Origin: Wolbachia endosymbiont of Drosophila innubila
GTDB taxonomy: Bacteria; Pseudomonadota; Alphaproteobacteria; Rickettsiales; Anaplasmataceae
Assembly (NCBI RefSeq): GCF_021378375.1
Contig: NZ_CP076228.1
Span: forward strand, 420,001 to 452,000
Length of the DNA: 32,000 nucleotides
Direction: 5' to 3'
Every line of letters begins with the position of its first letter. Position 1 is the stretch's first letter. Below are positions 18,252 to 29,697 of the stretch, one piece after another. The notes under the pieces were generated by a model. The model was not told where the DNA came from. It worked only from the letters and a program-made list of their open reading frames with translations, and did no database searches. A program made the position numbers and the translations under genes.

Positions 18252-18333
18252 GCGGATATGGCGGAATTGGTAGACGTGCCAGGTTTAGGTCCTGGTGAGC
18301 TTGCTCGTGGGGGTTCAAGTCCCTCTATCCGCA
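18252..18333 (+). tRNA. tRNA-Leu (anticodon UAG)
   Basis: gcggata...tatccgc acceptor stem, ccagg-tttaggt-cctgg anticodon arm (TAG), gggggttcaagtccctc T arm, discriminator A. Confidence 0.92.
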
Positions 18334-18488
18334 CTTTAAAGTCATGTAACTTAGGTTTTAAGGGAAAATTTATAATCACTAAATACACTTTTGTTTGTGT
18401 AAAAACCTGTTCTTAAGGATTGTGTTTAACTTAAATTCTGGTAAAATGACTCTATTAAGATATGAATTAAAATGTTAATAAATGAATT

Positions 18489-19826
18489 ATGATGTCTAAT
18501 AATATACCTCAAAATACAGTCGAAGTAAGTAGCGTATATACCTACAAAGAGCTTAGTATAGATAAACTAAAGTATGAGTATGAAATCACAGTTGGTAGTG
18601 ATTATATAAAACAAAAGGTAAATTCCAGGTTGCAAGAGATAGCAGAAAATGCAAAATCACCTGGATTTAGGGCTGGAAAGATGCCCTATGACCTTGTTGT
18701 TGCAAATTATAAAAACGAGGCTTTGGAATATGTGATAAATAATACAATTGATTATTGCTCAAGTGATTTGATGAAAAAAATTGAAGTCAAGTCTCACATT
18801 TATCCTAAGGTTGATGTTATATCATTACCAGATCTGGGCAAAGAAAATGAGGAGGGCAATTTTGTATACAAGCTATCTTTTGAGTCGATGCCTGAAGTAC
18901 CAGTGATAGATCTTGACAAAATAAACTTAAAGAAAATTGAAGCAAAGATTGAAGAGGAAGATATAAAAGAATTTATTGATTCTATTAAAACAAAGTTCCC
19001 CAATTTCGCCTCTGTTGATGATGCTTCTTATCAAGCGAAAGATGGGGATAAATTGATAATTGATTTTGAAGGGCGGATTAGGAATAAGCTCTTTCAAGGT
19101 GGAAGTAGCAAAAATTTTGCCGTTAATTTAGGGTCTGGCACATTTATTAATGGTTTTGAAGATCAATTAACTGGTATGAAAAAGGGAGAAACAAAGAACT
19201 TTAAGTTGAAATTTCCTGAAAATTACCAAGCCATTTCCCTTGCAGGACAGGAAGCTGATTTTTCTGTGCGAGTTAATGAGATTCAAATTGCCAAAGATTT
19301 TGAAAATGATGATGAAATAGCTAAGAGTATTGGGTTTAAAGATTATTCTTTGCTAATAAATCATGCAAAAAAAATGATTGGTGATCAGTGCACCGAAATG
19401 AGAAATCTCTTAATTAAAAAGGAGCTGTTTGATTATTTGGATGCTAATTATAGTTTTGATTTACCCACAGACATAGTAAAACAGGAGCAACAAAGAATGG
19501 AAGGAGAATTGGGTGCTCAAAATGATTCTCGTAAAGAAGCTGAAAAACGTGTAAAGCTTGCTATGTTATTTATGAAATTTAGTGCAGAACATAAAATATC
19601 ATTAACTCAAAATGATGTTTTGAGTGTTATTGTAAATCAATATGTCAGTAAAGATGTGCAATTTGACAGAGTACTTAAGCATTTTGAATCAAATAAACAA
19701 TTTCAAGAATTAGTTAGAGGGCAAGCGCTTGAGTATAAAGTGACAGATTATATAATAGAAAAAGTTAGTAAAGAAGAGCAGATTGTTTCTGTGAAAGAAT
19801 TAAAGGAATTATTTGATAATATTTAA
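18489..19826 (+). CDS. tig: Trigger factor
   Basis: Position immediately upstream of clpP-clpX-lon; [30 protein letters not shown] and [24 protein letters not shown] (FKBP domain). Confidence 0.93.
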   Translation: MMSNNIPQNTVEVSSVYTYKELSIDKLKYEYEITVGSDYIKQKVNSRLQEIAENAKSPGFRAGKMPYDLVVANYKNEALEYVINNTIDYCSSDLMKKIEVKSHIYPKVDVISLPDLGKENEEGNFVYKLSFESMPEVPVIDLDKINLKKIEAKIEEEDIKEFIDSIKTKFPNFASVDDASYQAKDGDKLIIDFEGRIRNKLFQGGSSKNFAVNLGSGTFINGFEDQLTGMKKGETKNFKLKFPENYQAISLAGQEADFSVRVNEIQIAKDFENDDEIAKSIGFKDYSLLINHAKKMIGDQCTEMRNLLIKKELFDYLDANYSFDLPTDIVKQEQQRMEGELGAQNDSRKEAEKRVKLAMLFMKFSAEHKISLTQNDVLSVIVNQYVSKDVQFDRVLKHFESNKQFQELVRGQALEYKVTDYIIEKVSKEEQIVSVKELKELFDNI

Positions 19827-19837
19827 TAGGGAAAGGT

Positions 19838-20464
19838 ATGACTCTTATACCAATTGTAGTTGAACAAACTAGTCGCGGTGAGCGCGCTTATGACATATAT
19901 TCAAGACTAGTGAAAGAAAGAATAATTTTTGTAACAGGTCCTATTGAAGACAATATGGCCAGTGTAATAGTAGCACAGCTTTTATTTTTAGAATCGGAAA
20001 ATCCCGATAAAGACATTTGTATGTACATCAACTCACCAGGTGGTGTTGTAACTGCTGGTTTGTCGATCTACGATACAATGCAGTATATAAACCCAGACGT
20101 TTCAACTTTATGTATAGGTCAAGCTGCGTCTATGGGTTCTTTATTGCTTGCAGCTGGTACAAAAGGTAAGCGCTACTCTCTACCTCATTCAAGAATTATG
20201 ATACATCAGCCATCTGGTGGTTATCATGGTCAAGCAACTGATATAGAAATACATGCTAATGAAATTTTGCGGGTTAAGAAAAAACTAAATCAAATTTATG
20301 AAAAACATACTGGAAATTCACTGAAGAAAATTGAAGGAATGATGGAAAGAGATAAATTCATGGATCCTGAAGAAGCAAGGAAAATTGGCTTAATTGATAG
20401 GGTGATAGCTGAGCGTACAGATATTGAAATTGAAAATATTAAAGTTAAACAAAAGGTGGGTTAA
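19838..20464 (+). CDS. clpP: ATP-dependent Clp protease proteolytic subunit
   Basis: [23 protein letters not shown]-type N-terminus, [21 protein letters not shown] and [12 protein letters not shown]. Confidence 0.97.
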   Translation: MTLIPIVVEQTSRGERAYDIYSRLVKERIIFVTGPIEDNMASVIVAQLLFLESENPDKDICMYINSPGGVVTAGLSIYDTMQYINPDVSTLCIGQAASMGSLLLAAGTKGKRYSLPHSRIMIHQPSGGYHGQATDIEIHANEILRVKKKLNQIYEKHTGNSLKKIEGMMERDKFMDPEEARKIGLIDRVIAERTDIEIENIKVKQKVG

Positions 20465-21741
20465 TGGATAACAATAATGATTTACACTACTGTTCTTTTT
20501 GCAACAAGGCGCAAGATGAAGTAGATAAATTGATTACTAACTCTTCGGATGGTTTAAAGGTGTTTATTTGTAATGAGTGCATAGAATTATCCCATAAAGC
20601 AATAAGTCAAAAGAAAGATAGATCTTTTAATTCAGATCGTATATCTGATATGAAGCTATTACTAAAGAAACCTGAGGATATAAAAAACTTTCTCAGCAAG
20701 CATGTTGTAGGTCAAGAACACGCGCAACACGTTTTATCTGTAGCTATGTATAACCATTGTCAATCCATGGTACAATTTCATGCTATAAGTGATATTGAAA
20801 TCGAGAAGTCAAATATAATGCTTATTGGTCCCACTGGTTCTGGTAAGACTTTGCTAGCCAAAACACTTGCTAAAGTTTCAGATGTGCCATTTGCTATGGC
20901 TGATGCGACAACTTTAACTGAGGCAGGTTATGTGGGTGATGATGTAGAAAGCGTGTTGTCGCGTTTATTACAAGCTGCAAATTATGACGTTGTAAAAGCA
21001 CAGCGTGGTATAGTGTTTATAGATGAAATAGACAAAATTACAAGAAAATCTGAAAGCACTTCAATAACCCGTGACGTTTCAGGTGAAGGGGTCCAGCAAG
21101 CTCTGCTTAAGATTATGGAGGGTACAGTTGCTTATGTTCCGCCACAAGGAGGGCGAAAACACCCACAACAAGAGTTTATACAAGTGGATACTAGTAACAT
21201 ACTGTTTATTTGTGGAGGAGCTTTTGAAGGCCTCGATAAAATTATTGAAGCGAGAAAAAAGGGAACGTCAGTTGGCTTTGGAGCAGATATAAGTCAGTCT
21301 AAAGAGCAAAAGAAAAAGAATGCTTTACATGATGTTCAACCTGAAGATTTAATCAAATTCGGTTTAATACCCGAATTTGTAGGGCGGGTTCCAATAACTG
21401 CTGTTTTAGATGAGCTGGATCATGAAGATTTAATACATGTGTTGACAGAGCCAAGGAATGCACTAATAAAACAGTACAAAGCATTGCTTGCGTTTAGCAA
21501 AGTAAACCTTGAGTTTTCAGATGAAGCAATATCAGCTATTGCTAAAAAGGCTATAAGCTACAAAACAGGTGCAAGAATGTTACGTGCTATCTTGGAGTCA
21601 CTTTTGCTTGACATTATGTATACATCTGGAAACGGAGGCTTTGAAGGTAGCACTATAGTAATCACTAAGAAAATGGTAGAATTAGGAAAAGCAACGGTTA
21701 ATCATAATAACAATGGCAATGTTATAACGGTTAATGATTAA
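20464..21741 (+). CDS. clpX: Clp protease ATP-binding subunit
   Basis: N-terminal zinc-binding CSFCNKAQ...CNECI; [24 protein letters not shown] and [12 protein letters not shown]. Confidence 0.97.
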   Translation: MDNNNDLHYCSFCNKAQDEVDKLITNSSDGLKVFICNECIELSHKAISQKKDRSFNSDRISDMKLLLKKPEDIKNFLSKHVVGQEHAQHVLSVAMYNHCQSMVQFHAISDIEIEKSNIMLIGPTGSGKTLLAKTLAKVSDVPFAMADATTLTEAGYVGDDVESVLSRLLQAANYDVVKAQRGIVFIDEIDKITRKSESTSITRDVSGEGVQQALLKIMEGTVAYVPPQGGRKHPQQEFIQVDTSNILFICGGAFEGLDKIIEARKKGTSVGFGADISQSKEQKKKNALHDVQPEDLIKFGLIPEFVGRVPITAVLDELDHEDLIHVLTEPRNALIKQYKALLAFSKVNLEFSDEAISAIAKKAISYKTGARMLRAILESLLLDIMYTSGNGGFEGSTIVITKKMVELGKATVNHNNNGNVITVND

Positions 21742-21756
21742 TTTGAGGCATATATT

Positions 21757-24210
21757 ATGAACATTGAACGTGCTGTAAGCTCTAGTTTTACTGCATTGCC
21801 AGTATTACCTTTAAGAGATGTAGTAATTTTTCCAAATATAATGGTGCCTTTATTCATAGGCAGAGAAAAATCTGTTAATGCACTAGAGTATGCAATAAGT
21901 AGTAGTAATCACCAAAATGAGATTTTTCTTGTAGCACAGAAAGATGGCTCTGTTGATAATCCAGAGCCTGAAGATCTTTATGAAGTAGGTGTGTTAGCAA
22001 GCATTGTACAACCGTTAATAAAATTACCTGACAATGCAGTAAAAGTTATAATCCGGGGGATAAGAAGGGGAAGAGTTGTAGAATATATTAGCTCTCATAC
22101 TTTATTACAAGCCAGGGTAGAGTTAGACAATTATTATAAAGAAGATGAAGACAATATTGATTTAGAAGCTTTAAGGCGGTCTGTTGTAGACGCGTTCGAT
22201 AGCTGGTGTAAGCTAAACAAGAAAAATCAACCCGAGGTTGCCATTAACTCCATTGATCAAATCAAAGAAGTTGATCAACTTGTAGACACGGTAGCTTCAC
22301 ATTTAAATATAAAAGTATCAGATAAACAAAGTATACTTGAGGCTTATGACCCAGAAGAGCGTTTAAAAAAAGCTTTTGCTTTTATTGAGAGAGAAATGAG
22401 TATTTTGAACGCACAAAACCGTTTATATAAGACAATTAAATCGCAAGTTGAAAGCACTCAGAAAGTTTACTACCTTAACGAGCAATTGAAAGCTATACAG
22501 AAAGAATTAGGCGAATTTGAGAATGGTGATGAAGGGAATATACTCAATGAATTTGAAAAAAAGATAAATGAAACAAAGCTTTCTCAGGAAGCAAGAGAGA
22601 AAGCTATAACTGATTTGAAGAGATACAAGAAAATGAATCCCATTTCTCCTGAAGCTACAGTTATATCTAGTTACTTGCATTGGTTGCTTGAGTTGCCATG
22701 GGGAAAGTACAAAGATGCAAAAATTAACTTAAATGCAGCTAAGAAAATCTTAGATGAAAATCATTATGGCATAGAGAAAGTAAAAGATAGAATAATAGAA
22801 TTTTTAGCGGTATTAAAAAGAGTAAAAGAGATAAAAGGTCCTATACTTTGCTTAGTTGGACCGCCAGGTGTTGGTAAAACTTCTTTAGCTAAGTCTATGG
22901 CAAGAGCAGTAGGAAGAGATTTTGTTCGCATAGCTCTTGGTGGTGTGTGTGATGAGTCTGAGATACGAGGGCATAGGAAAACTTATATTGGCTCAATGCC
23001 TGGTAAAATCATTCAACACATGAAAAAAGCTAATTCATGCAACCCGCTTTTTCTGCTTGATGAAATAGATAAGATGGGTTCTGATTCGCGTGGCGATCCT
23101 GCGTCTGCATTACTTGAGGTTTTAGATACTGAGCACAATAAACACTTTACGGATCATTACTTGGAAGTTGAGTTTGATCTTTCAAGTGTAATGTTTGTAG
23201 CTACGGCAAACAGCTTAAATTTACCACATCCTTTGCGTGATAGGATGGAAATTATACAATTGTCCGGGTATACTGAAGATGAAAAAATCAGTATTGCTAC
23301 ACACCACCTTATTCCGAAGTTAAAGAAGGAGCATGGTTTGTATCAGAAGGAATGGGACATAACTAATGAGGCGTTATACGAGTTGATACGTTTATATACA
23401 CGTGAAAGTGGTGTGCGGAGTATGGAAAGGGAGCTTGCAAAGCTCATGAGAAAGGCAGTTAAAGAAATATTGACTGATAAAAATAAGAAAATATCCGTAG
23501 GGGTTGACAATTTACAAGATTATTTAGGGGTACGTAAATATACCTTTGGCATTGCGGAAAATGAGAGTTTAGTAGGAATAGTAACTGGGCTCGCCTATAC
23601 TGAAACAGGTGGTGATATTTTGATGATAGAATCAGTCCTAATTCCGGGCAAGGGAGAAATAAAATACACAGGAAAGCTTGGAGAGGTTATGCAAGAATCT
23701 ATAAAAGCTGCGTATAGTTATATTCGATCAAATTGTTTGTTTTTTGGTATAAAGCCCGAAAAATTCCAAAATAATGATATACATTTGCATGTACCTGAGG
23801 GTGCTGTACCAAAAGATGGCCCTTCTGCTGGCGGCGCGGTATGTACGTCTATTGTTTCTCTTATGACAAATATATCAGTTAACAAAAATGTTGCTATGAC
23901 AGGCGAAGTGACATTGCGTGGTAGAGTTTTAGCTATCGGGGGCTTGAGAGAAAAATTGCTTGCAGCGCTCAGAGGATCAATCAAAACTGTGATTATACCA
24001 AGTGAAAATGAGAAAGATATGCAAGAAATTCCGGCAAGCATCAAAGAAGGGATCAACGTAGTTTTTGCTAAGAATATTGATGAAGTTATGAAAGTTGCTT
24101 TAATGCACCCCACTACTCCAATTAATGGTGATGATAATCAAAATAGTGTGCCTTCCTCTATAGAAAATAAAGATGATACTTTTCCTATATCGGAAACATT
24201 GAAGCATTAG
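21757..24210 (+). CDS. lon: ATP-dependent Lon protease
   Basis: LPLRDVVIFPNIMVPLFIGRE, GPPGVGKTSLAKSMA, KANSCNPLFLLDEIDKMGSD and PKDGPSAGGAVCTSIVSLMT. Confidence 0.97.
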   Translation: MNIERAVSSSFTALPVLPLRDVVIFPNIMVPLFIGREKSVNALEYAISSSNHQNEIFLVAQKDGSVDNPEPEDLYEVGVLASIVQPLIKLPDNAVKVIIRGIRRGRVVEYISSHTLLQARVELDNYYKEDEDNIDLEALRRSVVDAFDSWCKLNKKNQPEVAINSIDQIKEVDQLVDTVASHLNIKVSDKQSILEAYDPEERLKKAFAFIEREMSILNAQNRLYKTIKSQVESTQKVYYLNEQLKAIQKELGEFENGDEGNILNEFEKKINETKLSQEAREKAITDLKRYKKMNPISPEATVISSYLHWLLELPWGKYKDAKINLNAAKKILDENHYGIEKVKDRIIEFLAVLKRVKEIKGPILCLVGPPGVGKTSLAKSMARAVGRDFVRIALGGVCDESEIRGHRKTYIGSMPGKIIQHMKKANSCNPLFLLDEIDKMGSDSRGDPASALLEVLDTEHNKHFTDHYLEVEFDLSSVMFVATANSLNLPHPLRDRMEIIQLSGYTEDEKISIATHHLIPKLKKEHGLYQKEWDITNEALYELIRLYTRESGVRSMERELAKLMRKAVKEILTDKNKKISVGVDNLQDYLGVRKYTFGIAENESLVGIVTGLAYTETGGDILMIESVLIPGKGEIKYTGKLGEVMQESIKAAYSYIRSNCLFFGIKPEKFQNNDIHLHVPEGAVPKDGPSAGGAVCTSIVSLMTNISVNKNVAMTGEVTLRGRVLAIGGLREKLLAALRGSIKTVIIPSENEKDMQEIPASIKEGINVVFAKNIDEVMKVALMHPTTPINGDDNQNSVPSSIENKDDTFPISETLKH

Positions 24211-24466
24211 ATTAAGAAAATATTATCAATCTCCATTTCTCTTTTATCCGGCAAGAATCTACCAGCTTGTGCATTCCATAAGGATATGACTTGCTTTGTT
24301 GTTATGTCATTCATATTTTTTACTTATTCTATCTCCCAGTTTTATTCAAGTAGATGATATATTATAATAGTCCTTTTCATGGAAACCTTTTCTGGTAGAT
24401 TGCTTTCTAGAAAAACCTTGGTCAAGGTGCTAACTGTGGTTTATAATAATATAAATCATATCATAG

Positions 24467-25795
24467 TTGATTTGCGTTTATCAGAGCTGGAGTAGAGGTA
24501 TGTTTTATCTTACAAATTTTTTGCCTATTTTACTGTTCCTATTTCTTTTTGTAGGAAGTGGTATATATTTTACTATTCTTGGCGTGTCAAATGCTTTTTA
24601 TCAGTTATCTCCACTGGTAGCCATTGTTCCTGCCATAGCTCTGGGTTGGGTTTTATACAAGGGCAATACTGAAGAAAAAATGTATGCCTTTCTAGATGGG
24701 GTAAGAGATCGTAATATTATCACTATGTGTATCATTTTCTTACTTGCAGGTGCATTCAGTGAAGTAACTAAAGCAATCGGTAGTGCTGATGCCACAGTTA
24801 ATTTGGCTCTTTCATTTATACCAACACAATTTTTACTCATAGGATTATTTTTTGTAGCAGCTTTCATCTCCACTGCTATTGGTACATCAATGGGCACCAT
24901 TGCAACAATTGCTCCTATTGCAGTTGAACTGACACAAGCTGGAATTTCTCCTTCCTTAGGAGTTGCAACCGTTGTAGGAGGAGCAATGTTTGGCGACAAT
25001 TTATCTATTATCTCTGATACTACAATTGCATCTGTGATGTCTCAAAAGGCTGATATAAAGAAAAAATTAAAACTGAATGCAAAAGTGGCACTAATTGCTT
25101 CTATATTCACAATAATTATATTATTTTATAGCTCAAGCAATAGTGCTGCTATTTCAGTTAAGGAGTATTCTTTATTGCTTGTGACTCCTTACATAATACT
25201 TATATTGCTTGCAAACTTTGGAATAAATGTATTTACGGCATTGGTTTTAAGCATAACTTTTGCTGGAATCATTGGATTTATAAATAACAACAATCATGGT
25301 TTATTGTTTTTAAGCCAAAACATCACCAAAGGGTTTATGAGTATGCATGAAATTATGCTACTGTCATTGATGGTTGGCGGGCTTTCAGGACTGGTAGGTA
25401 AAAATTCTAAGGAGCTTGCAGATAAACTTTCATCTTGGGTTATGATACAACGTGGTGGACAAAAAACTGCGCAATTATTTATTGCAAAAATAGTCAGCAT
25501 ATTTGATATTTTACTTGCAAATAACACCATCGCTATAATTTTTAGTGGTGAAATTGCTAGAGATATTGCTAAGAAATATGAAATACCGCCTCACTATAGT
25601 GCAGCATGGCTAGGCATATTTTCTTGTGTATTTCAAGGATTAATACCGTATGGCGCTCAATTGCTTTTGGCTAGCACTATTGCTGGAGTTTCACCTTTGG
25701 CAGTCGTGCCACACGTATACTATTGCTATGTTTTAGGTATTATTGCAGTGTTATATATTGTATTGAACAAAATTGAGAAAAAAGATTGTGCTTAA
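24467..25795 (+). CDS. Na+/H+ antiporter, NhaC-like family
   Basis: ~440-aa multi-TM protein with GTSMGTIATIAPIAVELTQ...VVGGAMFGDNLSIISDTTIAS and PYGAQLLLA, typical of NhaC-like proteins. Confidence 0.8.
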   Translation: MICVYQSWSRGMFYLTNFLPILLFLFLFVGSGIYFTILGVSNAFYQLSPLVAIVPAIALGWVLYKGNTEEKMYAFLDGVRDRNIITMCIIFLLAGAFSEVTKAIGSADATVNLALSFIPTQFLLIGLFFVAAFISTAIGTSMGTIATIAPIAVELTQAGISPSLGVATVVGGAMFGDNLSIISDTTIASVMSQKADIKKKLKLNAKVALIASIFTIIILFYSSSNSAAISVKEYSLLLVTPYIILILLANFGINVFTALVLSITFAGIIGFINNNNHGLLFLSQNITKGFMSMHEIMLLSLMVGGLSGLVGKNSKELADKLSSWVMIQRGGQKTAQLFIAKIVSIFDILLANNTIAIIFSGEIARDIAKKYEIPPHYSAAWLGIFSCVFQGLIPYGAQLLLASTIAGVSPLAVVPHVYYCYVLGIIAVLYIVLNKIEKKDCA

Positions 25796-27089
25796 TATAC
25801 AAGACAACGCTCCGCTCTGTAGAAAATGGATGTTCTTGGCAGTATGTGCTCTTGCTTGCTCTGGGTTACTGTCAATAATTGTTATTTTTCTACGATTGCC
25901 TTTTATCTCCTCTCTTGTTCCTTCTGCACAATATATTTTTGATAATGCGCTGGTAATACACGTGAACTTGTCAATTTTAGTGTGGATGTGCTCTATAATA
26001 TCTCTGCTCTTTATCATAAACCTACAAAATACCAATAGTTGGTTTAACTTTTCATGGGTTCTATCAACCCTTTCGATGCTGCTCATGTTTATATCCGCAT
26101 TCGTTCCAAACACTGAAGTTATCAAAAGTAACTATATTCCCGTATTACAAAACAAATTATTTTTACTTGGACTCAGTTTATTTATTGCCAGTATATTAGT
26201 AAATACAATGCTAGCATACACATCAAAAAAAGAGGTTTCATTTCTCTCTGTTGGGCAAATTGGGCTAGTTATTATACTTGTATCGTCATTTCTTTGCTTT
26301 GTTTTAGCATATAATAATATGCCTCCAGGTCTATATCACTCAGATAATAATTTATTTTACGAATATCTCTTTTGGGGAGGCGGACATTTATTGCAGTTTG
26401 CTTTTACTCAAGGAATGTTTTTAGTCTATTTAATAATGCTAAGTTCCAATGATATTAGTTTAGCTTCAAACAATAAAATTACTATTTTACCACTATTTAT
26501 AAACACGATTTTAGCTGTAGGCGCACCGTTTGTATATTTTGTTTATCCAGTTGATAGTGCCAAGTTAATACAGTTTTTTACTTGGCATATGAGGATTGCT
26601 GGAGCAGTTTTGCCGTGCTTTTTGATAATATTAGTGTGCTACAACATCAGAACTTTTATTAATGATAAAAGCAACTATTTATTACATTCATTTTTGTTGT
26701 TCACTTATGGAGATGTGCTCGGAGTGTTGACTATTGAAGGTAATGTCACGATTCCTGCTCATTATCACGGTTCTGTAGTTGGTATCACTATAGCTTTTAT
26801 GAATTTTGTCTACTGGATGTTACCTAAATTAAACTTTAAAGAGATAAAAAGTTCCATGGTAAGATTACAGATTTATGCCTACAGTATAGGGCATTTTCTC
26901 CATATCACTGGCCTTGTGTGGCTTGGTGGATATGGTGCTTTAAGGAAGGTTGCAGATCTGCCAAGTATTTCGTCAATGTTAGCACGCACGTGCTTCATTA
27001 TAGGTGGCGCTATATCAGTTGTTGGTGGAATGTTGTTCGTAATAATTGTGCTTTTACATCTGTTAAAAGGCAAAGCGCGTACCAACTGA
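25773..27089 (+). CDS. Heme-copper oxidase subunit I-like membrane protein
   Basis: Histidine-bearing TM segments: HVNLSILVWM, FWGGGHLLQFAFTQ, WHMRIAG, HYHGSVVGITIAFMNFVYWMLPK and YSIGHFLHITGLVWLGGYG. The reported start is TTG and overlaps the upstream gene by 23 bp. Confidence 0.7.
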   Translation: MRKKIVLNIQDNAPLCRKWMFLAVCALACSGLLSIIVIFLRLPFISSLVPSAQYIFDNALVIHVNLSILVWMCSIISLLFIINLQNTNSWFNFSWVLSTLSMLLMFISAFVPNTEVIKSNYIPVLQNKLFLLGLSLFIASILVNTMLAYTSKKEVSFLSVGQIGLVIILVSSFLCFVLAYNNMPPGLYHSDNNLFYEYLFWGGGHLLQFAFTQGMFLVYLIMLSSNDISLASNNKITILPLFINTILAVGAPFVYFVYPVDSAKLIQFFTWHMRIAGAVLPCFLIILVCYNIRTFINDKSNYLLHSFLLFTYGDVLGVLTIEGNVTIPAHYHGSVVGITIAFMNFVYWMLPKLNFKEIKSSMVRLQIYAYSIGHFLHITGLVWLGGYGALRKVADLPSISSMLARTCFIIGGAISVVGGMLFVIIVLLHLLKGKARTN

Positions 27090-27561
27090 CCCATAGAAAC
27101 AAAAAAAACTTCCTTGACAAACTCCGCTAGCCCCCTTATCATGAAACTGAAGCTATTTATTTATCTTCTCTGTACAGATTAAATGACAAAAAAACTCACG
27201 TATCTGGCGTCCCATGTTTAATTTTTTGCACTATGTGCACCTTGTGTCTTTATAAAATTTCTAAGTTTTTACCTAATATAAGCTGAAATGCGCTTATAAA
27301 GCATTTAAAACATCAAAAAACGCCGATTTAAAAAATGGATAGTGAATAACTAGCTACCCTAGGGTTTCTTTTGCCTTTTTTTCTGTTTAGTAAATTTCTT
27401 AATGTTTATAATTTAGATTAGTTGCGGCTTAAAAGCAACTAAATCGCGGTTATTAAGCGTTTAGAATAAAAAAACGCCATACTTGAAAGTATAATGTAAG
27501 TAATTAGCCAACCACGGGGCTTCTTTTGCCTTTTTTTTCATTTGGTAAATTTTTTAATATT
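27088..27561 (+). repeat. Left arm of ~460-bp inverted repeat flanking recJ
   Basis: cccatagaaac...cttgacaaactccgctagcccccttatcatg...tttcttttgcctttttttt...tttggtaaattttttaat; reverse-complement counterpart at ~30003-30455. Confidence 0.85.
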
Positions 27562-27570
27562 TATACGGAA

Positions 27571-27757
27571 GGTAGCGCGTGACGCTGGAACCCCAAAAAA
27601 AGGAGGCACTGGAACGACAAAGTGGAGTGTCTGCTTCTGTCATCCTATGATAGCTAAAAAGACCTGGTCACGCGCTGGAATGACACCGAAGGGGCTACTG
27701 CCCTCTTGGATGGAGACCAGTGTCAGCTACTTAGATGATACCTTTTTTCTACTTAGT
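27571..27757. repeat. Dispersed palindromic/RPE-like repeat block
   Basis: gcgtgacgctggaa, ggtcacgcgctggaatgacacc and ccagtgtcagctacttagatgatacc. Confidence 0.5.
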
Positions 27758-27838
27758 TTAGGTTATGCAGAAGTCTAATACAATTATAGAACAAGCTTAA
27801 AAATTCTGGTAAAGTAGTTTTATTTACAAAGAAAGAAT

Positions 27839-29578
27839 ATGCTACTTGAAATTGAAAAGCGCAGCATAACAAATGCATTGTGGAAGTTGCAAGAAGCAGA
27901 TCAAAGGCAAATCTTAACTCTTACACAGAGATTTGAGTTACCAGAAATATTAGCAAGAATATTGGTTACTCGTGGTGTTAACATAGAAAATGCAAGCGAC
28001 TTCTTATATCCACTAATCAGATCGCTATTACCAGATCCCTTTCACCTTCTTGATATGGATAAAGCTGTTTCTCGTATAATACGGGCAATAAAAAATGATG
28101 AAAACCTTGCAATATTTGGTGACTATGATGTTGATGGTGCAACGTCGTCAGCATTGATTAACAGGTACCTGAGAGCAATCGATATACACTCTATAATCTA
28201 CATTCCAGATCGTGTTGATGAGGGTTATGGATTAAACACAGATGCTTTATTACAACTTAAAAAGAATGGAATTGATTTATGTATTTCCGTTGATTGTGGT
28301 ACGCTTGCATATCAACCAATAGAAGATGCAAAGGCTTTTGGTCTTGATATTATAGTTGTTGACCATCACCTTGGTACGGAAAAATTACCAAGCGCCGTAG
28401 CAGTTGTGAATCCAAACCGCCTTGATGAGAGCTCTCCTTATAATAACCTAGCAGCAGTTGGAGTGTCATTTCTGCTAATTGTTGCTCTTAATAAAAGCCT
28501 ACGTGAGCAAGGATTTTTTACCAACAAAAAAGAACCAGATTTATTTGATCTGTTGGATTTGGTTGCCCTGGGAACTGTCTGTGATGTTATGCAGATCACA
28601 GGCCTCAATAGAGCACTTGTCTCACAAGGATTAAAAGTTATGTCAACAAGAAAAAACGTTGGCTTGCGTGTTTTATTTGATGCTTTGGGAATCCTTGAAA
28701 AACCAAGTGTTTCTCGATTAGGGTTTAGTATTGGGCCATGCATAAATGCTGGAGGAAGAATTGGAGAAGCATCGCTTGGTGCAAGGTTGCTTTCCACCGA
28801 TGATGATGAAGAGGCACATTCAATCGCGCTAAAATTAATAGATTTGAATAATGCAAGAAAAGTGTTAGAAAATGAGGCTCTCTTGGAAGCTACAGCACAA
28901 GCGGAAAAGTCTGCCCAATCAGGTGCGAATTTTATAATGATAAGTGGCAATTGGCACCAGGGAATAATTGGTATAATTGCATCAAGGCTAAAGGAGCAGT
29001 TTCACTTGCCAACAGTAGTGATATCTTTAAATAATGGAATAGGAAAAGCAAGCTGTAGATCAATTTTGGGAGTTGATATCGGTGCTGCAGTCCTTTCCGC
29101 AAAGTTTATAAATTTGATTATTGAAGGTGGTGGCCATAGTATGGCGGCAGGATTTTCAATTAAAGAAGACAAAATAAATGATTTGCATGATTTTTTTACT
29201 GAAAGATTTTCAAACTCTATAAATGAGAAAACTTTAAAAGCTGATAGTATAGTAACTGCTAAAGCAATAAACTTATCTCTGTGGAACCAACTGCAACGCT
29301 TGGGACCATTTGGAGTTGGAAATCCTGAACCAAGGTTTATTATCCAAGGAGCAAAGATAAGAAAGCCTGAAGTTATAGGAGTTGACCATATAAAATGTTT
29401 TATTGCTGATGATAATGTTATGGTAAGAGCTATTGCATTTCGTTCTGCAAATACTCATCTTGGCTCTGCTATCATGCAGGGTAATGTTAAAGCTATTTTG
29501 GGTAAAATCTCTATGAATTACTGGAATGGCAATGAATTTGTACAATTTTTAATAGAAGATGTATTGACCATAAGTTGA
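27839..29578 (+). CDS. recJ: Single-stranded-DNA-specific exonuclease RecJ
   Basis: IFGDYDVDGATSSALI, VVDHH, AVVNPNR, AAVGVSFLLI, GPCINAGGRIGEA and EGGGHSMAAGFSI. Confidence 0.96.
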   Translation: MLLEIEKRSITNALWKLQEADQRQILTLTQRFELPEILARILVTRGVNIENASDFLYPLIRSLLPDPFHLLDMDKAVSRIIRAIKNDENLAIFGDYDVDGATSSALINRYLRAIDIHSIIYIPDRVDEGYGLNTDALLQLKKNGIDLCISVDCGTLAYQPIEDAKAFGLDIIVVDHHLGTEKLPSAVAVVNPNRLDESSPYNNLAAVGVSFLLIVALNKSLREQGFFTNKKEPDLFDLLDLVALGTVCDVMQITGLNRALVSQGLKVMSTRKNVGLRVLFDALGILEKPSVSRLGFSIGPCINAGGRIGEASLGARLLSTDDDEEAHSIALKLIDLNNARKVLENEALLEATAQAEKSAQSGANFIMISGNWHQGIIGIIASRLKEQFHLPTVVISLNNGIGKASCRSILGVDIGAAVLSAKFINLIIEGGGHSMAAGFSIKEDKINDLHDFFTERFSNSINEKTLKADSIVTAKAINLSLWNQLQRLGPFGVGNPEPRFIIQGAKIRKPEVIGVDHIKCFIADDNVMVRAIAFRSANTHLGSAIMQGNVKAILGKISMNYWNGNEFVQFLIEDVLTIS

Positions 29579-29697
29579 GTGTATCTGTTCAGCAGAGTGG
29601 CAAAATAGGTAGACAAGATAAACCAAAAAATCGAGAAAAAGTGAGTTTACAACAACTGGTGTCATGAAATTATCTGACACTGATTTCCATCCAAGAG

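Noticed and set aside
18800-25530. Short antisense or alternate-frame ORFs within tig, clpX, lon and the antiporter
   Set aside because: Overlap strongly supported housekeeping genes.
27542-27778. 78-aa plus-strand ORF (MVNFLIFIRKVARDAGTPKKGG...)
   Set aside because: Falls within palindromic repeat sequence between the recJ left arm and recJ; no family resemblance recognised.
28438-29545. Minus-strand ORFs opposite recJ (170 aa and 90 aa)
   Set aside because: Antisense to conserved RecJ motifs; likely chance open frames.
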